Positions 43,098-57,502 of a DNA stretch of 64,000 nt are shown here, piece by piece (position 1 is the first letter of the stretch; each line of letters opens with the position of its first letter). The stretch is from Chrysomallon squamiferum (lineage: Eukaryota > Animalia > Mollusca): the NCBI GenBank assembly GCA_012295275.1, contig CM022669.1:4340001-4404000 (forward strand), written 5' to 3'. Made by a program: the position numbers and the translations under genes. Under the pieces are notes generated by a model. That model worked only from the letters and a program-made list of their open reading frames with translations, had not been told where the DNA came from and did not search any database.

Positions 43098-45639
43098 AGG
43101 GGGGATGGGGAGGGCGGGAGAGAGAGTGAGGGAGATAGAGAGAGAGACAGAGAAACAGAGAGAGATAGAAAGAGAGAGAGAGATATAGAAAAAGAGACAG
43201 ATAGAGTGAGAGAGAGAGAGAAAGAGAGAGACACAGAGAGAGAGGGGAGAGAGAAAGAGATTTATCATTTCGATAATTTATTCATTTAGAGCATCCAAAA
43301 TTCCGTGTGTTGTAATCACAGGACATTGGCGATACAGACCTTAATAACGGCAACTCTGCCTGGAATGCTGTGTATGTAGATCAGTCCTGGAGGACTGTCC
43401 ACCCTGACTGGGCTTTCACAGCAGTAGCAGGCTACGACACGGGTCGATGGACGTTAATAGAAAACCAAAGAAAAGGTGCCAGGCAAAAGCAATAAAAATC
43501 GGAAGGAATGCACATTTATTGTCGTAATGAATTTTACTTTCTCACCGATCCTGATGAGTTTATTTATATGTGTATGGCTTCCGAGAAAGAATGGCAGCTG
43601 CTACCATCGCCTTGGACTGAAGCTGATTTTGTTCGAGTTCCGAAGTTTTCAGAATCTTATTTTTCTTCTGGCATAACACTAGTAATTGAAGAATGATGAA
43701 ATCTAAAGAAGGCAGAGTGAAGATCAGCTTTGAGATATCTTCAGAAAGTCTACTAACGTACAAGTTGTTGTTTGACGAAGAAATGTCAGAAGAGAAACTG
43801 CCAAAAGACGTCCAGGCAGACTTGTACGTTTTACAGAACAACGAAGACAAAATAAAATCATTTATCATTCGCTTCCCTGTTCGAGGTATTTATAAGATGG
43901 AAATCAACGACGGTTTGTGTAACTTCAGGCTGGAATGTGATTCAGTGGGGAAAAACACAAATCCTTTCCCAATAAATCCAGCAATAGGATTCGGCTACAA
44001 TTTGAAAGCTGCAGAAGCAGGTTTGACTCAGCCTTCCGTCAGAAACGGTATTGTTATCATGTTTCAAAAGCATGAAAGAACTGGAAATTCAAGTTTTTCT
44101 TAAACATTACTTGAAGGTTGTACAGAATCTTGAAGAGTTTATTAATGTGGAGCAAAAGAGTGAAAATGCCATTGTGACTGTGACAATGCCAGACAAAAAC
44201 GTGTCAAATAATCCAGAATATGCCTTGGAAATCAACGCCACAGAGAAGGGTTCTCTAGATCAATTTGAAAACATTTGTAACTACTTGATTTCTTCTGATC
44301 AAAGGAATGGGCAAATGTATCAACGACGAAGGAGGTAAATGGCTATTCTTCATATTTGTGTTTTTTTCTTTTTATGATTGGTTGCAGTGGTTATTTATTT
44401 TGGTACATACTTGCTTTTTCTTTCTTAATTTAATTTTAGTTTCTGTTTTATTTTGTTTTTAATATTTATTTTAATTTTATTGTTTTTTATTGTGATTAAA
44501 GGAAGTGGACAAAGACAAAGGACAGTGCAGTAATAGTTACTATATATTTTAGTTTATTACTTTATTTAAAGCAAAAGAAAGATATTCATTCATATAAACA
44601 TAATCTTGAGAAAAACATTTAATGATATACATACATGTATGCATGCATATTATTATATAAATAACTATGTGTGTATATGTGTAAGAATGTGTTTGTACTT
44701 CTCAGCGTTAATGTGTGTTTATTTCAGAGAGAGACAGACAGAGAGAAAGAGAGAGAGAGAAAGTGAGTTACATTTTATTCACATATAGTAAACATACAGT
44801 GAGAGAAGGAGACAATTCGACACGTTGATTAGTACATACAGAGTTTGTAATGAGATATTTAACTTTCAGATGGTGGATGCTAAAACAAAGCTGATCAAAG
44901 CAACTGAAGGTGATGACATAGAAGAGCTAGAAAAAGCTGTACGGAATTTTGTCATGTCTCGGCAGCATGATGAAGGACAACTGACAGCTGCGAAAGAAAG
45001 GCTTGTTGAATTACATCTAAAACGTCAGTAATGTGCAAATAGAATCACTCTCTCAGGGTTTTTTTGTTTTCTGTTTTTCACAAGGTCTGAAAGAGGCCTC
45101 GAAGAAAAGAGATCTTGCTGCATTGAACGACGCTATTGACAGCGCCGAGAACTCGATCTATTCAAAGATGATCGTCAACTCAGAGACCATGAATGAAGCT
45201 CGCCAAGTCAAAGAACAGCTGAAGAGACTAAATCTATTTTTTCATGAAATACTCGAACTAAAACAAGAAACTGTTTCTGAAATACACAGATACAACCGGC
45301 CGAAAAGTCTAATTCATGACGTGATGAAAGCGACATATCTCATCCTAGGAGAAAAAGAAAAACAACTGAAGGTAAGCTTAGTCATTGGTCATTTTCGTTG
45401 TTATGTAATTGAGATTGTTCTTACTTTGTTGCAGTAGTTTGGACACTGTGTTTTGTACACACGTTTATATAGCAAATAGATAAAGAAAAAGGCACGGACA
45501 CACATACAAGCGCGCGCAGAAGTCTATTATACATACATACATTTTACTTTCAACTCAGTGCATACATAAATATCTATTTGTATATGTCTCTCTTTTTTAT
45601 GTATATATGAATATATATATATATATACCTATGTGTGTG

Positions 45640-45672
<33 letters not shown>

Positions 45673-47418
45673 ATTTCAGTGTTTGTTTGTTAACAGTATA
45701 CAGTATATTCACGCCAAGAGTATGTTGAAATGATTTATTTAATATTTCTAGAAGTGGAAGTACGTACAGACTCTGTTGAGACGTCTGGGAAAGGACAGTA
45801 TTGTTAGACGTATTAAAGAGTTTGATATTGTGAGGTTGTCAATCCCTTCTGCTAAACGAGCCGACATTTTGCTGAACAAGTACAAACTTTTTGACGTCAG
45901 ACAACAGAGTGCAGGGGCCGGCACATTTTACGTCTGGGTAAGTTTTTTATATTAACACTAAAAGAGATTACCAGTCTCATCCTGCGCTCTAGTTACGCCC
46001 CCAGTCCTAAAGAATATCTTTGGTGATACTAACAAATAGTATAGCCTAATTAAGACATGGACAACCATTTTCGAGAATCATGCCGCATAGAAACGTGGGT
46101 CATTCTTCAGACAGGCTGTACTACTAATAAACGTTATTTTCATCCTGAAAATAGAATTGTCATTCAGAAAACACAGCGGGCCCCAGTTTGCCCATGACAG
46201 GTCTAAATATTCACTGCATATTTCATTGCTATCTTAGGGTAGAGTTGGGTAAAAGGTCTCCTTGGGATAAAAAGCCCACTGTTTTGTAGTGAAGTGTACA
46301 TATGAACTTAAACTAGAAGCTACTTCATGATTCCACTGACGTGGAACCACGAAACTTCAGTTCTAACTCATGTAAGTGTTTTATGGAATTTCGAATATTT
46401 GACAGATTAGTAAAATATTTTGTATTCGTGTTTTAGGTTAAAGAATGGTCATGTACTCACAAAGTACTGTGCTGTTAGGAAGGGATGTATTGACTTTATA
46501 TTTAATAACTTGTTTTAATTTGTAACAGTATAGTTGATGGTGCATTCATTAAAATTTCGCATAAAAGGCCCCATTATAAGATAAATGTGCGTGTTTTATT
46601 ATATTGATTTAATATCACGAATTCACAAAATCAGTTCCTCTGTTTATAAATTATATTTACTGCTCAAAACGGGGAAAAGTTGCTAAATGTGATATAAAAT
46701 ACTTTCCTTAAGGGAAGGCTTTTACCCAATGCTATACTATATTTATTTTTGCCATCTAGTCTTAATTTTTAATGAAGTTTAGATAGGATCGAGTAAATCT
46801 TGAAAATTATCAGCGTGTACTGACGGAGTTCAGATGTTTTGTATCAGTATTATTTTATGCTGAGGAAAAAAGGTCTAAGATGTTCAGATAATATCTGGGA
46901 ATTACAATAAATTTTATTTGACCATTGTTAGTGTCAAATGTTCATTTTTAATCTCATAGTTATATGGATCAAACGTCATTAACGACCAACTTATTGCCAA
47001 ATATTAGAATCATTAGAAAGAAAAAAAATATATATAGATCATAAGGATTATGATTGCAGCGGAATTAGACTGTTTATAAGTTTCATTGATTAAGATGACT
47101 GTTGAAGGGAAGTAACTCACCTAGGATTGCAGAGTCGAACGAATAAAAGCGTTCCTTCTATAAATTAATATGTTTGTGAAAACATTAAACATTGTAGATG
47201 TAAAGTAGATTTTGTTTTATTTTATTTTGTTTCATTTCATTTCTTTATTTTTTATTGATATGTTTGTATTTATTTGTTTGTTTGTTGTTTATTTATTAAT
47301 TAATTAATTAATTTATTTATTGATACATTTATCTATTTATATTGTGGTCAGGAACATTTTATTTTTTATTTGTTTCCAGAGTAACAACATAATAAGTGAA
47401 AAGATTAGAGAAGAGTAA
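39355..47418 (+). pseudogene. Paralog F, chimeric full-length pseudogene (divergent exons 1-2, cluster-like exons 3-8)
   Basis: e1 39355-39414 (MGCGGSKSTKTRTDAPDIDG), e2 40645-40758 (IEAKETEPGYPAAKPPTTKKKEIFK...), e3 42664-42894 (+4 nt, TAA at 42841), e4 43290-44334 (23-nt deletion at ~43328, CAA-TAA stop at ~43493, further indels at ~43685, ~44062, ~44303), e5 44870-45023, e6 45085-45371, e7 45752-45937, e8 47380-47418. Confidence 0.85.
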
Positions 47419-48799
47419 TTTTGGACAGAGAATGGAATCAATACAAGACTACAGTTATATTCTTTGTCTTTGGACGAATTAAACTACAACAGAGAAAATT
47501 GACGAAAACGTAGGAAATTTATTCACGGCTAACTGACGTTTTGTGATAAAGATTCGTAGATTACTGTCGATTAAATACTTTAATAAGTTCTGTGCCGAGG
47601 AATTTTATACACTATATATAATTACACTTTACTATACTATAGATAAAGCAATGTCCATCACTACGAGAGACTTTTATAAAATAATACTTAGAAATTATAA
47701 TAAATTGTATTTTTTATTGCTGTGGGGGTTACTACAAGTTGAAAAACTAAAATTTTGAAATAATTTTATATTGAATCAACATAAAGTGACGTTTTGAATT
47801 TGTAGTTTAGCTGAACCTAGACTCTTCTAATTAGCCACTTCGTTACATAAATCCGGTTATCTTTGATTTGTGTTTATATTGTCACTTTGTCTGTGTGTTT
47901 GTATCATTATATAAAGGAAAGTTTATTATACATATTTTCACTGTGATACAAGCAATCTGTGATTGAAAGTTACTCCTAAAATAAACATCATAAACAATTT
48001 TCAGTTTCTTACTTTTCTTCTTTTAGTTGTTATTATTATTATTATTATCAGACGGAGTTATGTCCCTTCAATCATACAGCATTAAAAACATATTGAAACT
48101 GATCAGACGCTATGAACAGGCCTGTTCGGATACGTAATTTAGAAAACAAGCGCTCCATTGCCTCATGTTTTTCAAGATGATATAAGTTTTATTATTAAAG
48201 AAAACATAAGAGAACTTTGGTCGTCACAAGAACAGAATCAGAGTGCACCTGTCAGCCATTCTCAGCCAGATCAGTTACAAAACTGAGTAACTGTCCATTG
48301 TGTTTGTTTCACTGTGCGTTGAGGCTTTGTTTATTGAAATAAGTACTCTTAATTCCGGTCACGTATTCCTTGTCTGTGTTGGTGCTTATGTAGAAGAAAT
48401 ATCTAAGATATATAATATTGATATTTCGTTATTTACTTCCTTGTTTATTTGTAATAGTAATAATAATTTATCATATTGTTATTGTTATTATAATTATAAT
48501 TATAATTATTTATTTGTTTTGGCTGTAACTTAGTTAATCATAGTAGTGATGCCTGATTTTAATTCAACCGGAGGAATTTTTCAGGCATCAGTATATAGCA
48601 AAATATCAGCTTCCATATTTCCTCACAGAATGTTTGTTTTATAATTTCACTTTATTATTAGCAAACGTTAGTCTTCATTTTACCTTTGTTTTCTCGTTCT
48701 GTAACTTTTTTAAAAAAATACGAACATTGCCAACATGTTAACATATGCACAGACTGTAGAATATTATACGCGGCCATTAACTTTTAAATGTGGAGATAA

Positions 48800-48956
48800 C
48801 AGAGGCGTGGCGTTGGTTGCCAGTGTATTTCATCCCCTAACCCGTGGAAATCAGCCACCCGGAACCTATCCCACTAGTCCACAAGAGTACAAGAGTACCC
48901 AGGAACTCTGCGCCCGGTGCAACCGCCCTTGTAGCACCACCCACGCTACACCCCTC
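48800..48956. mobile_element. hAT-type MITE copy upstream of G
   Basis: CAGAGGCGTGGCGT...ACGCTACACCCCTC flanked by GGAGATAA / GAAGTTAA. Confidence 0.62.
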
Positions 48957-49539
48957 GAAGTTAATAACTGAATGATGGAAACAATGGGTTAACGACAGCT
49001 AAACATATTTATTTTAATATCATGCAATGGAACCTACTGTTTTTTAAATATGATATTTCATTATATTTGTTTGATTTTTTATAGCATATAGACCCAGTTC
49101 TCTCATTCCGTCAGGCTAATTTTTAAAAATGTATATATATCTTTATATAGGCGACGGAAACACAGAACCTCTATTGACAAATGCTGTTAAAGATTATTAC
49201 GCAACAACAGTTGTATTTTAAATCGTCTAATGCTGTGTACTATCTGTAACACTGACATATTCAATCACGTGATCTACTTCACACAAAAAATAATAACCGT
49301 TTTATCGGAATGAGCCTATCTGTGACTGAAAACATGTTATTCAAGTGGTTGACGGTTAACAAGGAGGTGCTTCTCGATTTTATTTCAAAGTTTGACTAAC
49401 TTCGATACACTTCGAGACAGTTCTCTTACAGTTACTTGCTGTAAATACTAAGTGTAGATTCAGGTTTGTGTATATGACTATTATTATTATTATTATTGTT
49501 AGAATTATTATTATTAATTTTATTATTGTGATAATTAAA

Positions 49540-49577
<38 letters not shown>

Positions 49578-49910
49578 AGTAGTGACAATATGGATTGTTT
49601 TGTATTATTTATACATTTTATTATTTAGCAATACGAATAATGGATCTGTAATAATAGCAGTAGTAATATTAGTAACACCGCGCTTTTAACTGTTGTAACT
49701 CTCATATTAGTAACAATAGCAACAGTAACAATACTGATTCAGTATTGTAATAAGGTCACACACGCAGAGAGAAATAGACATAGATGTATATACACATTCA
49801 CATACACATACATATAACATACACTTACACATACACATACTTATAACATACACTTACACATACATATGCATATATAAAACAATTCATCGTCTGCAGACTG
49901 GTGATAGAAA

Positions 49911-51478
49911 ATGGGATGTGGAGCAAGCAAGTCTACCCCTGTTGTGAACGAAGTCACCCCTATTGTGGACGAAGTCGACACGGATATAGGTGCAGTAAGT
50001 AGCATGTTTTGGTGCAGTCGTTATTATTATATGTTTTCTTTTTATTCTAATACAGATGAACAAACGGTCTAATAGCACACAATATACTTTCACATTGTTA
50101 TTTAGTTTTTGTTGATAATACAGAAGGTGATATATCAAAGAGAAAAGTTACGAGGATTCACATATGCTGACGTCTTCTTCATTTAAAATGATGTCATTAC
50201 AAAGTAATCTTATCTTTAGTAATGACTCACAGTATTTATTATACCAGTGATATTTTACAGTACGAATACATTATATCACTGACATTTATTACATATGCTA
50301 TTACATAGGACTATATCTTACATAAACTATGCCAGTGATATTTGTTACATATTATATATCAACATTATTTCATATGACATATCTTACAAACACTATTTCA
50401 ATAGTATTTCATATGACATATCTTACATACACTATATCAGTTACATTTATTACATATGCTATATCATTTATATTTATTACATATGCTTTATCAACAGTAT
50501 TTCATTGACATATCTTACAAACACGATTTCAATAGTACTTCATATGACATATCTTACATACACTAAATCAATAGTATTTCATATGACCTATCTCACATAC
50601 ACTATGTCAGTTATATTATACACTGCACATAATAATCATACACTATATCAGTGATATCTTACAGCAGCTGGATTAGAAACAGATCTACCTATATATCTAC
50701 CTATATATCTGTCTGTCCTCTGTCTGTCTGTCTGTCTCTCTCTATCTATGTCTCTATCTGTCTACCTATCAGTCTGTCTGTCTATCTATCTGTCTGTATG
50801 TCAACCTGACTGTCTGTCTCGTTGTCTGTCCGTCCGTCCGTCCATCCAGCCATCCACTTGGCCTAACAGTCTGTCTTATTGTGTGTCTGAATGTTCATCA
50901 GCAGTTTTCTCTCTCAGGGCAGCCAACATTCCGTGTGTTACAATCGGAGACAAATGCAAGGGTGCAGGGTTTGAAGTTGGTGACACAGACATCAATAACC
51001 GCAACTCTACCTGGAATGCTGTGTATGTAGATCAGTCCTGGAGGATTGTCCACCCTTACTGGGCGTTCACAGGAGTAGCAGGCCACGAAACGGGTAGATA
51101 GACTTTAATAGAAAACTAAGGAAAAGGTTCCAGGTAAAAGCAAGAAAAATCACAAGGAAAGCACATTTATCATCGTAATGAATTTTACTTTGTCACCGAT
51201 CCGATGAATTTATTTATATGTGTATGGCTTCCGAGAAAGAATCGCAGCTGTTACCATCGCCTTGGACTGAAGCTGATTTTGTTCGAGTTCCGATATTTTC
51301 ATCGGCTTATTTTTCTTTTGGCCTCACACTGAAAAGTGAAAATGTTGGAGTGTTCAAATCTAAAGAAGGCAGAGTCAAGATAAGCTTTGAGATACGATCA
51401 GAACGTCTACTAACGTACAAGTTCTTGTTTGACGAAAAACTGTCGGAAGAGAAACTGCCAAAAGATATGCAGGCAGAT
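49911..51478 (+). pseudogene. Paralog G, truncated pseudogene (inverted twin of D)
   Basis: e1 49911-49994 (MGCGASKSTPVVNEVTPIVDEVDTDIGA). Exons 2-3 are deleted (intron 1/intron 3 junction at ~50683). e4 from 50918 has TAG at 51099 and TAA at 51117 and ends at the same GCAGAT|ATTGAATCAGCAT deletion junction as D. Confidence 0.88.
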
Positions 51479-51743
51479 ATTGAATCAGCATAAAGTGATG
51501 TTTTGAATGTGTAGGTAGTAAACTGAACCTAGACTCTTCTAATTAGCCACTTCGTTGACCAAATCCGGTTATTTTATATTTGTGTGTATATTGCCACCCC
51601 GTTTCTGTGTTTGTTATACATATTTTCACTGTGATACAAGCGATCTGTGATTGAAAGTTACTCCTAAATTAAAAATAATAAACAATTTTCTTGTTAATAT
51701 ATGCACACACTGTAGAATATTATACTTTTAAATGTGAAGTTAA

Positions 51744-51902
51744 TAGAGGCGTGGCGTTTGTTGCAAGACCCCGGAGCAGTGCAAGTGTACTACATCCTGT
51801 AACCCGTGGGAATGAGCAACCCGCGAACCTCTTCCACTAGTCCACAAGAGTACAAGAGTACCCAGGAAGTCTGCGCCCGGGACAACCCACGCTACTCCCC
51901 TC
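51744..51902. mobile_element. hAT-type MITE copy upstream of H
   Basis: TAGAGGCGTGGCGT...ACGCTACTCCCCTC flanked by GAAGTTAA / GAAGTTAG. Confidence 0.65.
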
Positions 51903-52444
51903 GAAGTTAGTAACTGAATGATGGAAACAATGGCTTAACGACAGCTAAACATAATTATTTTAATATTATGCAATCTATCCTTTTTTTTTGTAAATATTAT
52001 ATTTCATTATATTTGTTTTAATAAAGCATATACAGCCAGTTCCATCACTCCGTCAATTAATTTTTAAAAATGTATTTATATGTTTGCGTAGGCGACAGAA
52101 ACACAAAACATCTATTGACAAATGCTGTTAAAGATTATTACGCAACAACATTTGCATTTTAGATCCTTCAATGCTGTCTACTATGTATCAAATGGGCATA
52201 TTTGATCACGTGATCTTCTTCACAAAAGAATGAAAAACCGTTTTTCTTGGAATCAGCCTATCTTGACGATAGAACAGAAAGTCGTTCGAAGTCTGACTGA
52301 AAACACATTATTCAAGTGGTTGACGGTTAACAAGGAGCTGCTTCTCGATTTTATTTCAAAGTTAGACAAACTTCTATACACTTGGAGACAGTTTGTCTTA
52401 CAGTTACGTGCTGTAAATATTAAGTGTAAATTCAGGTTTGTGTA

Positions 52445-52496
<52 letters not shown>

Positions 52497-52538
52497 GTTT
52501 CAATTATTACTATTACTATTATTATTGTTATAATTAAA

Positions 52539-52589
<51 letters not shown>

Positions 52590-53081
52590 ATTGCTGTTTC
52601 TATTGCTTTGCTGTTGTTGTTATTAATAGTGACAGTACTTTTACTATAATTATAATCTGGGTTATTACTGCTGTTAGTAGTAATGGTAGTGTTAATATTA
52701 ATAGTAGTTGTAATAACTGCAGTTTTTGTGTTATTATTATTATTATTATTATTATAAGTAGTGATGATATGCATTGTTGTGTATTATTATTTATACATTT
52801 TATTATTTAGCAATACGAGTAATTGATCTGTAATAATAGCAGTAGTAACATTAATAACACCGGAATTTTAACTGTAGTAACTTTCACAGTAGTAACAATA
52901 GGAACAGTAACAGTATTGATACAGTATTATAATAAGGTCACACACACTGACACACACCCACATACATATATATATATATAGATACACATACACATAAATA
53001 TACACATACACTGGTGATACCCACGGCCATACTTGTTCTAATTTAGAATATTTTAATAATTATATTTTAGTCTGACAGAAA

Positions 53082-53279
53082 ATGGCAGGTGGAGCAAGCA
53101 AGTCTACCCCTGTTGTGAACGAAGTCACCCCTGTTGTGAACGAAGTCACCCCTGTTGTGTACGATGTCACTTCTGTTGTGTACGAAGTCACCCCTGTTGT
53201 GAACGAAGTCACCCCTGTTGTGAACGAAGTCACCCCTGTTGTGAACGAAGTCACCCCTGTTGTGTACGATGTCACTTCT
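53082..53279 (+). pseudogene. Paralog H, exon-1 fragment cut by the satellite array (inverted twin of the 5' end of C)
   Basis: MAGGASKST followed by 8 copies of PVVNEVT-like repeats. It runs directly into the tandem array at ~53280 with no donor site. Upstream 51.6-53.1 kb mirrors 22.2-23.6 kb. Confidence 0.8.
53109..53279 (+). repeat. Coding 21-bp minisatellite (8 units; PVVNEVT) in exon 1 of H
   Basis: CCTGTTGTGAACGAAGTCACC repeated. Confidence 0.92.
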
Positions 53280-53280
53280 C

Positions 53281-56207
53281 TTGTTTTTTTATTATAACAG
53301 AAAATAAGCAAAGTACACAGATAAAAAAAAAAAAAAAAAAACAAATAAAGAACCAACCACGTTGAATTATTAAACGATAGAAGCTCGGCGTTTTCTTCGC
53401 AGGTTCCATTTTTCGGATAATTACCGTACGTCTTGACATTAGTGAATACATCTCACGTAAGGGACATAACTCTAATCTATGTCTGTGAACACATCTCACT
53501 AAAGGGAGATAACTGTAATCGATATAATTTTTACTTTGCTTAGTGAGTACATCTCACGTAAGGGACCTAACTCTAATGTGTTTGTGAGCACATATCACTA
53601 AAACGAGATAATTCTAATTGATCTGATTTTTCTCTTTCCTTAGTATACACAGACACAGACACACACACACAGAAACACACACACACACACACACACAGAA
53701 ACACACACACAGAATCACACACACAGAATCACGCAGCAGAGAAAAAACCTCTGGTACTTAATGCATATACAATTCTAAAAGAAATAAAATTAAAATTCAA
53801 TTAATTAAAAATTGGCAGAGAATTTAAAAACAAATAAAGTTCAGAATATTAACAAAATACAAAAAGAAATAATAAATTCTGATATTAAAAAGTCGAATCT
53901 CTCAAATGACAGATTAAAATATTTTATTTACTGATTTTTTTATTATAACAGAAATAAGCAAAGTACACAGGATAAAACAAAAGAAAAAAGAAACAAATAA
54001 AGAACCACGTTGAATTATTAAAACGATAGAAGCTCGGCGTCTTCGCAGGTTCCATTTTTCGGATAATTACCGTACGTAAGCTTAGTGAATACATCTCACG
54101 TAAGGGACATAACTCTAATCTATGTCTGTGAACACATCTCACTAAAGGGAGATAACTGTAATCGATATAATTTTTACTTTGCTTACATCTCACGTGAGTA
54201 CATCTCACGTAAGGGACCTAACTCTAATGTGTTTAAGCACATATCACAAACGAGAGATAATTCTAATTGATCAAACGAGATAATTCTAATTGATCTGATT
54301 TTTCTCTTTCCTTACACACACAGACACAGACACACACACACAGAACACACACACACACACACACTCACACAGAATCACACACACAGAATCATACGCAGAG
54401 AAAAACCTCTGGTACTTAATGCATATACAATTCTAAAAGAAATAAAATTCAATTAATTAAAAATTGGCAGAGAATTTAAAAACAAACAAAGTTCAGAATA
54501 TTAACAAAATACAAAAAGAAATAATAAATTCTGATATTAAAAAGTCGAATCTCTCAAATGACAGATTAAAATATTTTATTTACTGATTTTTTTTTTATTA
54601 TAACAGAAATAAGCAAAGTACACAGGATAAAACAAAAGAAAAAAGAAACAAATAAAGAACCACGTTGAATTATTAAAACGATAGAAGCTCGGCGTCTTCG
54701 CAGGTTCCATTTTTCGGATAATTACCGTACGTAAGCTTAGTGAATACATCTCACGTAAGGGACATAACTCTAATCTATGTCTGTGAACACATCTCACTAA
54801 AGGGAGATAACTGTAATCGATATAATTTTTACTTTGCTTAGTGAGTACATCTCACGTAAGGGACCTAACTCTAATGTGTTTGTGAGCACATATCACTCAA
54901 ACGAGATAATTCTAATTGATCTGATTTTTCTCTTTCCTTAGTATACACAGACACAGACACACACACATAGAAACACACACACACACTCACACAGAATCAC
55001 ACACACAGAATCATACGCAGAGAAAAACCTCTGGTACTTAATGCATATACAATTCTAAAAGAAATAAAATTCAATTAATTAAAAATTGGCAGAGAATTTA
55101 AAAACAAATAAAGTTCAGAATATTAACAAAATACAAAAAGAAATAATAAATTCTGATATTAAAAAGTCGAATCTCTCAAATGACAGATTAAAATATTTTA
55201 TTTACTGATTTTTTTATTATAACAGAAATAAGCAAAGTACACAGGATAAAACAAAAGAAAAAAGAAACAAATAAAGAACCACGTTGAATTATTAAAACGA
55301 TAGAAGCTCGGCGTCTTCGCAGGTTCCATTTTTCGGATAATTACCGTACGTAAGCTTAGTGAATACATCTCACGTAAGGGACATAACTCTAATCTATGTC
55401 TGTGAACACATCTCACTAAAGGGAGATAACTGTAATCGATATAATTTTTACTTTGCTTAGTGAGTACATCTCACGTAAGGGACCTAACTCTAATGTGTTT
55501 GTGAGCACATATCACTAAAACGAGATAATTCTAATTGATCTGATTTTTCTCTTTCCTTAGTATACACAGACACAGACACACACACATAGAAACACACACA
55601 CACACTCACACAGAATCACACACACAGAATCATACGCAGAGAAAAACCTCTGGTACTTAATGCATATACAATTCTAAAAGAAATAAAATTCAATTAATTA
55701 AAAATTGGCAGAGAATTTAAAAACAAATAAAGTTCAGAATATTAACAAAATACAAAAAGAAATAATAAATTCTGATATTAAAAAGTCGAATCTCTCAAAT
55801 GACAGATTAAAATATTTTATTTACTGATTTTTTTATTATAACAGAAATAAGCAAAGTACACAGGATAAAACAAAAGAAAAAAGAAACAAATAAAGAACCA
55901 CGTTGAATTATTAAAACGATAGAAGCTCGGCGTCTTCGCAGGTTCCATTTTTCGGATAATTACCGTACGTAAGCTTAGTGAATACATCTCACGTAAGGGA
56001 CATAACTCTAATCTATGTCTGTGAACACATCTCACTAAAGGGAGATAACTGTAATCGATATAATTTTTACTTTGCTTAGTGAGTACATCTCACGTAAGGG
56101 ACCTAACTCTAATGTGTTTGTGAGCACATATCACTAAAACGAGATAATTCTAATTGATCTGATTTTTCTCTTTCCTTAGTATACACAGACACACACACAC
56201 ACACACA

Positions 56208-56244
<37 letters not shown>

Positions 56245-56820
56245 AGAATCACACACACAGAATCATACGCAGAGAAAAACCTCTGGTACTTAATGCATAT
56301 ACAATTCTAAAAGAAATAAAATTCAATTAATTAAAAATTGGCAGAGAATTTAAAAACAAATAAAGTTCAGAATATTAACAAAATACAAAAAGAAATAATA
56401 AATTCTGATATTAAAAAGTCGAATCTCTCAAATGACAGATTAAAATATTTTATTTACTTTTTTTTTTTATTATAACAGAAATAAGCAAAGTACACAGGAT
56501 AAAACAAAAGAAAAAAGAAACAAATAAAGAACCACGTTGAATTATTAAAACGATAGAAGCTCGGCGTCTTCGCAGGTTCCATTTTTCGGATAATTACCGT
56601 ACGTAAGCTTAGTGAATACATCTCACGTAAGGGACATAACTCTAATCTATGTCTGTGAACACATCTCACTAAAGGGAGATAACTGTAATCGATATAATTT
56701 TTACTTTGCTTACATCTCACGTAAGGGACCTAACTCTAATGTGTTTGTGAGCACATATCACTCAAACGAGATAATTCTAATTGATCTGATTTTTCTCTTT
56801 CCTTAGTATACACAGACACA

Positions 56821-56863
<43 letters not shown>

Positions 56864-57469
56864 AGAATCACACACACAGAATCATACGCAGAGAAAAACC
56901 TCTGGTACTTAATGCATATACAATTCCAAAAGAAATAAAATATAATTAATTAAAATTTGGCAGAGAATTTAAAAACAAATAAACTTCAGAATATTAACAA
57001 AATACAAAAAGAAATAATAAATTCTGATATTAAAAAGTCGAATCTCTCAAATGACAGATTAAAATATTTTATTTTATATTTTTTTTTTTATTATAACAGA
57101 AATAAGCAAAAAGTACACAGGATAAAAAAAAAAAAAAAAAAGAAACAAATAAAGAACCACGTTGAATTATTAAAACGATAGAAGCTCGGCGTCTTCGCAG
57201 GTTCCATTTTTCGGATAATTACCGTACGTAAGCTTAGTGAATACATCTCACGTAAGGGACATAACTCTAATCTATGTCTGTGAACACATCTCACTAAAGG
57301 GAGATAACTGTAATCGATATAATTTTTACTTTGCTTAGTGAGTACATCTCACGTAAGGGACCTAACTCTAATGTGTTTGTGAGCACATATCACTCAAACG
57401 AGATAATTCTAATTGATCTGATTTTTCTCTTTCCTTAGTATACACAGACACAGAAACAGACACACAGAA

Positions 57470-57502
<33 letters not shown>

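Larger units (their letters stand above)
43270..53280. repeat. Right arm of inverted segmental duplication (F 3' part, G, H)
   Basis: Reverse-complement match to the left arm. For example, the non-coding ORFs 27248-27592(-) and 48300-48533(+) are almost identical, and D and G share a stop codon and deletions. Confidence 0.85.
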
